Assembly: GCF_964204645.1 (NCBI RefSeq)
Contig: NC_134032.1
Coordinates: 6,808,275-6,872,274, forward strand
DNA from: Tubulanus polymorphus
Lineage: Eukaryota; Animalia; Nemertea
Direction of reading: 5' to 3'
Length of the DNA: 64,000 nt
Below the pieces are notes generated by a model, which was given only the letters and a program-made list of their open reading frames with translations, ran no database searches and was not told where the DNA came from. Position numbers and translations under genes: made by a program. Every line of letters begins with the position of its first letter. Position 1 is the stretch's first letter. Positions 14,001 to 26,143 of the stretch are shown in pieces.

Positions 14001-14162
14001 AACAACACACATTACAAAATTATGTTTTATTACATTTTGTGGCATTATGTCGGTAACTGGACTTGTGACATTCAAATAAACATATTAAGGTATCGGAAAA
14101 TTGCCGTTTTGAAAATTTGGGAAAAAAACGGAAAATCTGGATTTTCAGACCCGCGTCTTCCC
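11004..14162 (-). mobile_element. Kolobok DNA transposon, apparently intact
   Basis: TTAA TSDs at 11000-11003 and 14163-14166. Termini GGGAAGAAGC...GCGTCTTCCC (10 bp, 1 mismatch). The uninterrupted target GGGACTTAAGTCCC is present in the HINE copy at ~59350. Confidence 0.85.
11588..13570 (-). CDS. Kolobok-type DDE transposase, 660 aa, uninterrupted
   Basis: Motifs CPSC..C, VSYDGTWMKRGHQS, SKFCLEC, IGDGDA, EECINHISKR, H..C..WC and TSNRNESLHSVVW. Confidence 0.85.
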   Translation of the reverse strand: MGRATKFASKHKFGSKSKKKSETRGRKRKIENVVGEILIQVDEAAVSINEAVPSTRGGTNEPVPSTSGGTPVIQDPVPKISASKKKLNLYKDIRPIDDEDDCDREPAVATGSFLLLHTDSLDKLVAPLKCPSCSQTGHLKSDCTGTRMGLSNRVKIICENDRHDASFVVSSTWSSPRDMTAADVTARAPFEINKRAVLAIKEIGHGCSALNKVTGILGVNGGLHHKTYSKYNKEIHLSVVYTHGVQNMPDTHAIICKAYEELDPDNRDEDIINIDVSYDGTWMKRGHQSNIGIGFVIDTLTGLVIDFHVMSKFCLECSVVGEKLRGEEKEAWYALHKDNCDCNYTGSSNYMEVEAAEILWTRSMNHGFRYTVLIGDGDANVISKLNALKPYGNDIIIKKEECINHISKRMFNGLKVVVRDAKVAGSRQNPLSGRGKMTNAGMLKWGQYYRNAITNGETVEEMQNNVWAILLHASSTFDDPHHDRCGVWCYHKIAEAENISPETVFNRVKHDPILTREVAGYFVPLFRRLTDETLLNRCLRKTSNRNESLHSVVWRHLPKTSFCSYKTVETGAMMAVSKFNKGNNSVGDIMESMYLTPTVQMNKLLERLDTRRIKMAERAEKGSTKEARINKKLRKATVEHQQHEEEGDSYAPGLETVADL

Positions 14163-16088
14163 TTAAGTCCCAGCGGGCTATTGCGTTCACTTTTCGTCCG
14201 TCGTCCGTCCGTCCGTCCGTTCTTCCGTTCGTCCGTCCGTAGACGGAATCCAGTTATTTTTGGAAGTTTTGAAGACGCTTCAAGGTTACGTCTTGATATT
14301 TGGGTTACACGTGTATCTACCCTAGACACATCTTCAGCCCAAAAACTGGCCCTGTCAGAATCAAGATGGCTGACTGGCAGCTATTGTTGTTCGCCAAAAT
14401 CAGCACTTTTTACACATTTTTGAACTTTTTGAGGGAAATTTTGAAGACGCTTCAATCAATTACCTTGATCTTTCGGATATATATGAATCCCTCCAGGGAC
14501 CATCAACGAAATAAAAATTGGGTCGGTCGGACTCAAGATGGCCGTCCTATGACCTTTTTAGTGCCCAAAAATGTTAATTTTTGCCCGAATTCTGAGTCCT
14601 TTAGCTTCCTATTGGTTTACCATTTCTCATTGCAATTTGTGATGGGTGTTCTTTGGAAAGGGATGTTTTATACCTCAGACATGTATTTTTCATCAGCCAA
14701 TTATGACGCAATTGGCAGCCATCTTGGTGTAAGCAGTTCTCATTCGTAAGTGGGAAAAAGTTTTTCCACATTATATTGATACCTAAGCGTATTTTGCTAC
14801 CACAATCAATTAGAAAGTTGTAGCTCATAACGTGTCCTATAATTGTGGTGAGTTTCAAGGTAATTGGATTTCATATATGGCCACCAGGGGGCGTTGAATA
14901 ATACAATATCTTAGCATTTCTTAATTATATTCGTACCTATGCATATTTTGTAACCACAATCAATTGGAAAGTTGTAGCTCATGACATCATCTATGATTGT
15001 TGCGAGTTTTAAGGACATAAGTTTTTCTATATGGTCACCAGGGGGTGTTGAATAGTAGAATAACTTAGTATTTCCTGATTATATTGGTACCTAGGCATAT
15101 TTTGTTACCATGATCGATTACAAAATCGTAGCTGTTGACATGTTCTATGATTGTGGTGAGTTTTGAGGTCATTGGGTTTTGAATATGGTCACCAGGGGGC
15201 GTTGAATAGTAGAATGACTTAGTATTTCCATATTAAATTGGTAACGAGGCATATTTTGTTATCACAATCAATTACAAAATCGTAGCTGTTGACATGTTCT
15301 ATGATTGTGGTGAGTTTCAAGGTCATTGGTTTTTGTAAATGGTCACCAGGGGGCGTAGAATGTTGAAATTGTTAGATTGTTGAGCATTTGAAACCACTTC
15401 CCAAGTGGGCATGGTGTCCCTGGACCCCTAGTTCTAAGGGGCGTTAAATGTAATAGCCAGGAATAGCCAGAACCGTGTAATTAGCATTTATAAACTCCTA
15501 TGAATGACTTCATTTAGGCCTTCATTCACAGGCAGTTTCCCTAGCACTCAGTTCCTAATGTGAAACACAGAGTGCAGCACTAGCGTATTCCATACATATA
15601 TGGTGGGTTACTGGCTGGGTTCCAGCTTTACACGTGGGGTTATATTTTGATCCGAGTCCTTGGGTCAACAAAAGGTTACCGACATGTGTTTTAAGATAAA
15701 TAACATATAAGCAGCAATGTTTCAGTATTCTTCTCCACACTGTAAAAGTGACCATGGCAAGAAAACGCAAAACAAAATCCGCTATCAAAATTATTGAATC
15801 AATATCCTTAATAGATATCTGTAAGGATGTAAAAGAGAAAATGTTGCAGACTAGACACTTAATTTTTTTTCCTCAAAGGATGGAAACTTGGGAAAAAATG
15901 TTGAAAGAAGGAACACTAGTGAGTGATATCATTTTTGACCTGCACAAAACATTTCAATGTTCTTATAAAATAACCCAATCCATGACGGATCCATATGTTA
16001 ATTTCATAATAAGATAAAATCCCACTATTTACAGATTAAAATAATTTAAAAACAAGAATTTATTTATTAAATCTAAAATATTTAAAAG

Positions 16089-16130
16089 ACACGACGTTTC
16101 GATCTCACCCTAGAGATCATCGTCAGGTGT
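16089..16130 (-). ncRNA. Minimal type-I hammerhead ribozyme (Penelope pLTR)
   Basis: Reverse complement of 17209-17250. Confidence 0.75.
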
Positions 16131-16207
16131 GAGAAATAGACTTAAAACAGGGGTATATATACAGAGGAGGACAGGTTAATTGAGTAAATTGGTGAGTGAG
16201 TAAATAA

Positions 16208-16920
16208 TTAGTGTTTGGCAAGGCATGAAGTAATATACTTAGAAAGAAGGGAATTATGCGGAGAAAAGCCATTATTTAAATTGGTACTAATATCTGAGTG
16301 ACGAGTAATTAGGGCAGACTCAACTATGTGGCGTTTAGTGTAATTGCTGGAAGTATAAATAATTTCGGCTTTATCAAAATTAAAACGATGACCAGTGTTC
16401 CAAACGTGATTGGCTACGCCACTAGCCGGTTTTTGATTTATTATATTCTTTTTGTGTTCCGAAATTCGAGTTTTTAAATCACGACCAGTTTCTCCAAAGT
16501 AAATTTTATCACAGCCAAAACAAGGAATTTTGTAAACTCCACAGTCCAAAGGTTTAGATTGATTGTTTTTAACCAAAGTCTTACTAATTTTGTTTTCATA
16601 CGTGAAAATGATTTGTTTATCCAATAAAGGGAGAGAGTGACGAAACTTTTCCAAAACAGGTACATACGGAACTACAATGAACTCTGAAATGTGTTTTTTA
16701 TTTTCTGGAGGTTTAGAATTGAAGAAAGTACGTTTAGCCTTAGAAATAGCGATTTTCAAAATGTGATCAGGGTAAGCCAATTTTCTAAGAGAGTTGGATA
16801 TATGGTCAAATTCAGCCGAAAGGAAGGTTTCATCGCAGATCCGCAGTGCACGGAGAAAGAGGCCTTGAGCGAGACCGATTTTGATTGATTTGGCAGTAAA
16901 CGAAAAGAAGTGAAGGTATG
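16208..16920 (-). pseudogene. Penelope RT thumb/linker plus GIY-YIG endonuclease (C-terminal part only)
   Basis: YLHFFS..GLFLRALRICD, IVVPYVP, GVYKIPCFGCDKIYFGETGR..RISEH, VESALI..LNNG. Confidence 0.9.
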
Positions 16921-17208
16921 AAAATTGGCTTACCCTGATCACATTTTGAAAATCGCACGATTTGATAAAGCCGAAATTATTTATACTTCCAGCAATTACA
17001 CTAAACGCCACATAGTTGAGTCTGCCCTAATTACTCGTCACTCAGATATTAGTACCAATTTAAATAATGGCTTTTCTCCGCATAATTCCCTTCTTTCTAA
17101 GTATATTACTTCATGCCTTGCCAAACACTAATTATTTACTCACTCACCAATTTACTCAATTAACCTGTCCTCCTCTGTATATATACCCCTGTTTTGAGTC
17201 TATTTCTC

Positions 17209-17250
17209 ACACCTGACGATGATCTCTAGGGTGAGATCGAAACGTCGTGT
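17209..17250 (+). ncRNA. Minimal type-I hammerhead ribozyme (Penelope pLTR)
   Basis: ACAC-CTGACGA-T-GATCTC-TAGGGT-GAGATC-GAAA-C-GTC-GTGT gives stem I, the CUGANGA core, a 6-bp stem II, GAAA and a GUC cleavage triplet. Confidence 0.8.
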
Positions 17251-18410
17251 CTTTTAAATATTTTAGATTTAATAAATAAATTCTTGTTTTTAAATTATTT
17301 TAATCTGTAAATAGTGGGATTTTATCTTATTATCCGTTCACCACGTTTGAGTGTGGTCATCGTTCTGTTAATTTCATGTTGAAGTGGAATGATAAACTTC
17401 GTCAATATTCGAGCAATGGGCCGTTTATATCTACTCATGAAATGTTATGGGATCTTTTTCAAAAGGATAAAATTGAAATTGATTCAGCAGGAGCAATCAT
17501 TCACAGTATCGGTGACTATGTGAGAAATTATATACAGGCAAGAATGAACATTTCTGAAGAAAGAACCGAGACGAGTGTTTTGAAGCCGCAGTCAACTGCA
17601 GGACTGTATCTTGTTTCTGGTGGCTGTCTGGGACTTATGTTTTCTTTATATAAGCGTGAACGTCGAAGGGGTAATACAGAAGCCCAGAAAAAACTTCGAG
17701 TCATTTCGAAAATGATAATTTTGGTGCCGTTGAAGTTTGGTGATGTGATAAAGGTGGACTTTACATATTCAAGCCAGAATTCATGGATATGGTAAAATCA
17801 ATTGATACCGAAATCATGAATTGTGTAAATGTAACCGAATTGCAAAAACATAAAAAAAAGAATTATCAGGGTAAGTAAACAATGTTTTAAAATATTTTTT
17901 TATTGCTCTTATTGCAAAAAATACACATCAAAATAAATTAAATGTTCATATTTTTCAGCTTACAACAGACAAATTCTGCCAAACAAGGATCTTGAAGCAG
18001 TTTTTGTCGGACTTGTCACACAAAGTGTTGGATCAGAGGTGGCAGATGAACTGAGACTGAACATAGTTTCTGTTTGGACGGACTTTTTGCGTAAATACAC
18101 TCATGCGCGCATAAATGGAATCATAAAGGGAATATACGAGAAAAAAGTAGAAAAATCTGGTAAACGCCTGAAAGGAGGATCAAGCTTAAGAGAAACGCTT
18201 TATAATCTTGGAAAGACAAGAAACCCTAAACATTCTAAATCAACTCCTTCAACTTCTAAAAAACAATCTGTTCGTAAAGGAAATAAATGGTGACATGGTT
18301 ATTAATTGAATAATAATACGATTCTTCATTTGATGTATATAAAGGTAACTAAGAAATTGGACAATACATGAACGTATATGTTTATATATAATCTATTTTT
18401 AGTTTGTTAA

Positions 18411-21400
18411 TTATTTTTTTCTCATGAGTGGAACGTCCTGGGTATAAAGCGGTGTATCTCTGTAATTATTTCTCTTCTTTTTCTTCTGATGGCAATGGAC
18501 CTCTTTTTTTAACATAACAGTTCTCCTTGCCTGTGGATAGTTCAATGATGTTAGTTTTCCACCCACGCAGTGTTTAAACTGCGAGAAGAGAGTTTCTACT
18601 GCACTGCCATTCACTGTGAGTGGGGTAATATAATATCCAGGAAATTCAGTGAGAAAGTCTTTACAAAATCCAATGAACCCAAACACCATAACACGAAGTA
18701 GATCATATGTCTGAAAATATAAATAGTGTCTCCATTTCTTATAGATGCTCATTTAAAAAGATAGCCATAGGTGCTATTTCGTTGATATGTTATCTTAGTT
18801 TACCTGCCATCTAATAAATTTCTTTTGGGATGGAGAAATCATCTGGAATTCATCAGCAACTGAAAATAAGATAGGAACCCAAATTTGAATTAGTTAATTT
18901 CTCTATGAATTATTTCGTCTGGCAAATTTATTTTAGACACATATAAAATAATTTGTTATATCGGTGCATTCACTCACATTCATGGTGTAGATATTCACAC
19001 CAGTCCCTGAAGTATTTATATCCTTCTGAGATGTTCAATATGATTGGGCTTTCCATGTCATGAATCTGGCTATTTCTTGTCATGTCATTTGGTTTTCTAC
19101 TTTTCAGAAGTCCTTCTTCAAAAAGTTGGCTGCAAGCCACCAGGTAACTTCGGGTTGCCATAACATGTTCTGATTCCAATGGGATAGGAGAATTGTCGGG
19201 ATTCGCGTAACTGTAGAGTTCGGCAAGCACATGCGGTTGCTATAAATAAATACAGTTCGTGAAGACTAGGTTCTGACAGTTATCTCTTAATTAAGTTTGA
19301 ATTAATGTTTTTTATACCTGCATGATTTTTGCTGGTTTAACATTTAGCTTAGTCCAGGAATCTCGTTCTATATAAGATTTGATCAATCCTTGTACCATCC
19401 GAATATGATTATCATCTCTTCTTTGAGTTTCACGATTCCACATACTTTTTATTTCATCCCATCCGAATTCAACTCCATTCATGAAGTTTTTCGTTCCACC
19501 TGTTTGACTTGCCCACAACTGATTAATTTGATTTTTAAGCTGTAAAAAGAAACATATCAATAAAAATGAGATCCTTCAAAAATACCATAAATTTATACTG
19601 TAAAATACCATATTTCAACTTGGATAGAAGTGTTTGCTTACTTGATGTGATGGACAGATGACAAAGTAAATTTTCTTTTCTGGTTCGTGGGGGTTCATCA
19701 TCCAAGGTTCAACTTTATGCCGATCTTCCTGGGCATCCTTTAGACCAAAGGCACCGTGCGGATAACCACTGAGTGTTTTTATCATCGATAGGTTGGTGCT
19801 GGCTCCATCAGTCACCACCACCCTTGTCTGCAAAGAAATTTGAAAATTAAAGATATCTGAAGATGCTAATCAATGGGTTTCATAAAAAATTATGAATTTT
19901 TGGTTTCATTTGCAATCAACTTAAAAACTTACCCTGAATCCATACTCATAAATGATTCTCAAGACATCATACAGACAAGCTGTCGTAAAAGCTGCATCCA
20001 TTGTTGTGTGACAATTAAAATAAGGTCCAATAATATCGAAATCACTGCTTAAGTCCCTCCACAAAAACTGCAACTCATATTCAGCCGTCTCTGGTGTACA
20101 TTTTCCGCATAATTCTATGAAAATATCTTTCAAAGAAGACATTTCTGTGGCGTCCATAGCGAGCCCGTTGAGTTGTTTATTTTTACTATTCCACGCTACT
20201 TTACCGATAACTTTACTTCATCGAGTATCAAAACTCCAGTTGAGGTTGGTGATTTTTTGCCTTTCATTGTACACTCATTTTTCCACAAATTATAACGGTT
20301 AAATGTGTCTTCTATATAATCATAATATGACTCCGTTCCAGGAGCCTGCAACAGTGCAGTAGAATAGTGCTGCAGTGAACTTCGCGAGGGCAGTTTGAAA
20401 ATTCCCCACTCTTGAATCGCTTCGTAGGCTGCAGGGCTTCGACAATATATTGACAGAGCAATTCGATAGGTGACCATACTCCAACGGTTTCCTTTCTGTC
20501 CAGTTTCTAATTTGAAAAATTAAAATATTTTGTAAATTTTGTCTGGATTTCACTTTTCAATTTGAAATTTGAGTTAAAAGAAGTCCAATTTTCATCTAGA
20601 ATTGTGGGCTAAAGTATCCGATATTGAGAAGTATATTGAAAATATCTAGTGGTTCAGAATTATATGAATTTTTTCATGAATTCAAAATGATAGAAATTCA
20701 CTTACCATTGCGGTGCTGATCGGCTTCCCAGGTAGTTTTTATAGCTTGCAATGTGTCTTTTTCTAATTCTGCTTCCGCTAAGACAGCTTCGATATCACCA
20801 GGTTTGACGTGAGAACAAAAATCTTCCAATTCCTTACTTTGCGTCTGTTCAAGTTCGATGGTATAGTCATTTTGAATTATCTGTGAGGTGTTAATTAATC
20901 AACGCTTTACATTTCTAGCACTTGAACTCTTTCTCTCGATTCTCCGCTTTTTGCTTCGTGGTGTCAAATTAGTCATAGGATAGTTAGAATTTTTTTCTGA
21001 ACGTCTTGCTTTAGTTTGCGGAGTAACCAATTGTTCACGCTTGTTCGTCTTTCGAAGATTGCGATAAGCATTTGAACATTCCGGACATCGAGACGTTGCT
21101 GATAATCTTGCTTCTCGTTCTTCTACCGTGGCATTGAATCGAAGTTTGAACCATTTTTCGCACTTTTTTGATATAAATGATGGCGGAATCTTTCTCTCGA
21201 TAACGAACGACGGAATATACTTGATTGACGAACAAACGCTGTCAAATTCCGGTCTGGATATTCCTGTGCAGAATACATATTCACTAGACATCCGACCAAG
21301 CATATCGTCGATTACATTCCAATCTATTCCCGTGTCCGATAGATATGATGTTTCGAATAATAATTCATCGCATAAGTAGTGTTTCAGAACACCAGATGTG

Positions 21401-21684
21401 AATATTAATATCTTCGACACGGTTGCTGGTCCTCCCGTAGTGAATCCCACATCACATATTCCTCGAGTAATCTCGAGAAAAATATCTCCAGAGCAACTTA
21501 AAAATCGTATTTGTAATAACGCAAATAGATCGTGAATATAGTTAACTATTTCTGACAATTCCGATGGACCAGCATTAAGAGCAATTTTGCTACTACCCGT
21601 TTGAGTAGTTTTATGGTCAGTTTCTTTAGAAAGTAATACTGGAACATAAATAACGGCGGGTTGCGCTGGAAAAAATGTAGTCAT
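18411..21684 (-). pseudogene. Multi-exon P-element-superfamily transposase (frameshift at ~20210)
   Basis: N-terminal Cys cluster (KCEKW..RCPEC), then ALSIYCRSPAAYEAI..LPSRSSL, GVLILDEVK, VVTDGASTN, CPSHQLKN, WTKLNVKPAKIMQ and NGSAVETLFSQFK. GT-AG introns separate the ORF pieces. Termini not identified. Confidence 0.75.
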
Positions 21685-24159
21685 CTTTTCAGCTTAACTT
21701 GTTGCAATTGAAAGACATTATATGAATGCGGCTTTATATATGTTTTGAGTTGATCAGTTTGATGGTTTCTAGGGGTATGAACACTGATATTAGTCACGGT
21801 AATTAAAAAGAGCAACTGCTATGTTTTAACCCGTGCACACAGTGATGCATGGCAACTGGTAAAACCATGAACAACTATCTTTTTCGTAGTCATACAAATT
21901 TACTTGAAAATCCATCTACTAAGATGTAATAAGTTCAATTTTTTATTCAAAGGTACTTATGAGTGGTTATGGCTTAAAACTCCCATTCATATTGCTTTTC
22001 TATATTACGGGTTGTCTAAGTCGTTATTCGAAAAACATCAAATGAAAAAAACCTGTGTAATTTACCTATCTGAGAAAAACTTGTAAAACTCATTTGTTCT
22101 CGTCGGTTTAGCAATTTTAAAGGATTCGAGGTAGAGAATCGTATATATTTTCACTATCTCTATAAAATACCAAATCAAAATATGTTGTTTAGCCTAGTTG
22201 TTAAGTCTTTATTCGTTCCACTAATGGGTGAAATAATGGATAAATACCACAGTAACTGAATATAAGGTCATTTTTAGGAATTAGGCTTTATACGTTTTCC
22301 GATTCGAAGTTTTTCATTGGGAATTTTTCGAATATATACCGTGTGCAATTATGTAATTTCTCTAACTTTTTGTTATGCATTAGTAGACCATAGAGAAAAC
22401 TCATAATTATACGCAAATATAATTGCATCAATCGAGATATTTCATAAAGATTCTTTGCTCCGGATACAACAAACGTGGCTTCAACCATTTATCTTAGATA
22501 TTCTGACCATTCAAGATATCACTCAAGTCACACAGATTTTCCAGGTACTATAAGCTCTACAAGCAAAATTGCTCATAGTGAGTTTACTATAGTTTTCTAA
22601 GTATCATTTGTTTATATAAACATACGCTGTTTAAATGTCTGGGTCAGCAAACACAAATAGTAACACACGCGTGTACAGACAGACCACATGTGGTTAGGGA
22701 CAGTACTGTTGTTGTGCTATGCTAATGACTTACTTATATGCCAATATCCGATTGTGGTGCCATCTGGTTATTACAGGAGTACCCAGTAAAATGATTGTGA
22801 GGCTTTCAGAGGTTTTCAGTTCATATCCATTGATCTTCAGTTTTTAGGACGTTCGTTAGACGAACGTCCTTATGTGATCGGTTTGCCGGTTGATGACGCA
22901 CTTCCGATTTGGTTGACAGACGTTTAAGGTCGCTTTAAAGCCAGTTAGTTAGAGATTTCCTCAAATTCCGCATCAGAAATGGTGTCTTCAAGTTGGGATT
23001 GAATTTGGTTAAAAATAGTTGGTTAGTTTTTGCTGTGCCCTCTTGAAAAAATGATATTCACGCCGTTTATTTGACATCACACATCACGTGTTGCTAGAGG
23101 GTATAGTGATAGACAGAAGTGCCATTTTTAAAATCGTTGTATCGTGGATGTTAACTTTAGAGGACCATACGAAGTCTCTTTAAAGGTGAGTGTCAACATA
23201 TATGGTGACTTAACTTAATTCTTTGTGAGCGCATAGAGGCCTTGTGAGAATCTAGAGACGTTCGCAGCATTGAAAATTACGCAATGGTCCGCTCGACACG
23301 CACACACATGCTGTCAGTTTGATCTACGTGACTAAATACAGCCGCCATGAATCAGAAGCAATCCACTTCAAATTTTATGAAGTGAATATCATCATTATTA
23401 TTTATCCGGTATACACCAAAAAACCTTTAAGAGAAAGGTATTTGGCGTCGGATTCTGTACCGAAAATCCCGGATTGTTACACTGCATAGTTTTTTTAGTA
23501 GGGTTCTTTTAACATTTTGCCTATGAGCCATTTGATTGACACGTGGGGCGGATCTTGCGATTTGTCGATGACGTCAGATGTAAACAATAATATAACCACG
23601 TGCATCGCGCACATGTGTAAACAAACCTGACAACAAATTAGATTTTTTGGCGCCAAAACTTTTTTGATTTTTTCTTTAGTCCAATGATTTTTCAACTGGA
23701 GCCAACTGCTATGCCATTAGATTGTACAATCAAGTATTCACGTTTTATAGACTCTCTCTGAAATAATTATTGTCCAGGGGACATGTATTGAAATATCTAT
23801 TGTCGTTGTTTTTGTTTTTTTTTATTTTTAGGATATAAACAGCCTAGAAGAAACATCATCTGGCAGACACATATTTGACTACAGATCATATCCTGTTATA
23901 AAATGTGTTTAATAAATATTTTACTCAAGTTTTCTTGCCATTAATACTTCCTGACTACTTTTATTTTATGGTTATCTAAGTGCAAGGCAAACATTGGTGG
24001 GGTTCCTTTGGCCCTCCGAATATATAGGACCAAAAGGGATATTTTATGCCATTTTGATTTATTTTTGCTTAGAAAATCTATTCAAATACTTTTTGGCGGG
24101 CACATTCAAATTCTGAAGGGTAGGACTAGTCCAAGCCCTAAATCCACTTGCATTCAGTC

Positions 24160-26143
24160 TCAACGTTAAAACCTTCACCGGCCTCCTACTCAATTTTTTG
24201 AATAAATGTAGAACTTATGGCAGAATTTATGGTTGATTCCTCGATTTTTGAATCACGCAGTGGGATGACACTTGAATAGCCGGTATTCAAATTTTCCAAT
24301 CAATGTGGGAGGTGTCTGGGTCTACATGCGTTTCACAAACGAACGTCCTCTTTTAAAGTTTCTTTCTAGTTTAAACTGTGTTAAGATCACATTTAAATCA
24401 CCTCTATTTATGGGTAAGGGCCCACTATGATGCTCAGACAGGGGACGAATGCTGGAAGAATGAGTAGACTTGTCAGCTGACCCATCTCGTTCAAGTATGC
24501 ACCTTATGACCTGCTGAAGAGGATCGGTTCCACTTCTTAACATTGTTTTAATGCGTCTTAAAATGGAAATGCTGAATAATCATCAATATTTCCATGTTTT
24601 TTTACATTATCAGAAATATAAATCAGGTTGTGAACATTATACACCATAGCCTTATTTCCATAGATTTTTGAGTAACTATCCACAAATAAGTGAAGGAGGC
24701 TGTTGGCATAATCAAACTGAGACAAATACATAGTAGGGTGACATAAGCACCGAATAGCAACACTTAGGATTAGAAAATTCTTATATAACTCTTCAGGCAG
24801 CTGAGAATTTAGTGCCACAATTCCAGTATACAGAAGAAACAATCTACATTCTGTTGCTTTCCAGTAAGCTAATTCAGAGAACAACCGGCCTTTTCTATTG
24901 AATTCTGATGGCACAAATTTCGACAACTGTATAATTTTTTGAGAAATATTCGCAATGATGTGAGATGGCATCCTGCAGTTTAAAGGACCATTCAACCAAT
25001 ACTTAATCAGCCGTTTCACAACTCCAAGACAAACCAAATGCATATAATCCAGAGGAAAATGCGTAATCATATCTATAGGGAGTCGTGTAAATGGAGAAAC
25101 CCCTTGCATATTGTGGTCCTGATCAGACATTTGTCTAGAAATTGGTATCGGTACGTAATGGATAATTGCTATTGTTGAATATCATTTTAGTATCCCAGGT
25201 ACCTGGTATGCTACACTTGCTGCATCCATAATAGCCATTGTGGCCTTTGATATGTTTGACAAATGCAAGTGCAGGTGCATCACATATCACTGCGGATAAA
25301 GATACTGTATATCACTTTTCATCGTACAAAAAGCCATTCCGCTCAAGGTCGACCATCTCATTGATAAATGGGTCCAGCAATGAAAATTGTTGTTTCTTCT
25401 AAATAGTTCGGAAGAATCAGCTTACATGATACAGGCCAAAATTGAGCTTTGCTACTTTTAAAAAGAGGGAGGCCATCAACATTGACTAGTAATTTTAGCT
25501 CACAAGATACTAAAAACCGGTTGGCTAGATTTTCAATCAAAAGACAAAGTGACCTCTGCATACCAAAATGAAAATATGACCCAACGGAGAGAGATAATAT
25601 TTCATATGAATTGGAACGAGCCGTTTTTAGAAGGGTGCGAGAATCGCGAGGCAAATTAGGGTGAAATGGCTGTAATAAGGAAAGAAGTTCTGACATTTAG
25701 ACATGCGAAACAGAGTTTTTGACTGCCCACTCCTTTAACCTATCCTGTAAACTGTGATCATCAGCTTCATTAGAACGACAGGAATCGGATTCATCACCAC
25801 TGGAATACAGTAGGCCTAGATTAGCAGTATCACCGCTACTGACACTGTCAGTGTCATCAATACTATTGTCAAAAATCGGGGAATAAATTTCATCGCAGCC
25901 ACTTTGGCCGGGAATCTCATAAGAGTTCATTTCAGGTGTGATTGGCTGTGATGAGGTAAATTCATTATTCTGGTTTTCATTTAAAACAGAACCAGTTTCA
26001 TTGTTGTTAGGTCTTCTCTCATCATCTGTAAATGACTGCATTATTTGATTAACCTCAGCCAATATTTGCCGGTGCTTTGTCCAAGAAGACACAGTAGTGT
26101 CATTTTTTTTTCTTTTAAATGACATTTCGGCAGAGCAAAGCAA
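24160..26143 (-). pseudogene. EnSpm/Mirage (CMC) transposase, decayed
   Basis: [65 protein letters not shown] and YSAFPF. Several stops and frameshifts. Confidence 0.85.

Larger units (their letters stand above)
10981..15433 (+). mobile_element. HINE family A copy, split by Kolobok; 4 x 154-bp internal repeats
   Basis: TTTTTAGCCCACTTGGGAC-TTAA at 10981-11003 resumes as TTAA-GTCCCAGCGGGC at 14163. It then shows the GTCC microsatellite, tandem units anchored at 14882/15036/15190/15344 and the CCCCTAGTT end. Confidence 0.85.
16008..17365 (-). mobile_element. 5'-truncated Penelope-like retroelement with an inverted duplicate of its 3' end/pLTR
   Basis: 12-bp TSD TGTTAATTTCAT (15996-16007 and 17366-17377). 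Inverted arms 16006-16378 and 16961-17333 are nearly identical. Confidence 0.9.
15754..18293 (+). pseudogene. Accessory gene of the P-like element, convergent with the transposase and disrupted by Penelope
   Basis: Removing 16008-17377 restores the frame ...TDPYVNF-MLKWNDK.... A frameshift near 17730 precedes DKGGLYIFKPEF. A GT-AG intron lies at ~17871-17958 and the last exon ends at 18293. Confidence 0.6.

Noticed and set aside
14022-14858. ORFs of 85-149 aa (and similar ones at 1435, 39808 and 59520)
   Set aside because: Chance frames within non-coding HINE-A copies, with frames not conserved among copies.
16925-17131. Separate 68-aa plus-strand gene
   Set aside because: It is the inverted duplicate of the Penelope 3' end.
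15590-21870. Candidate TIRs for the P-like element (TATGGTGGGTTAC.. / ..GTAAAACCATG)
   Set aside because: Similarity is weak and there is no matching 7-8 bp TSD.
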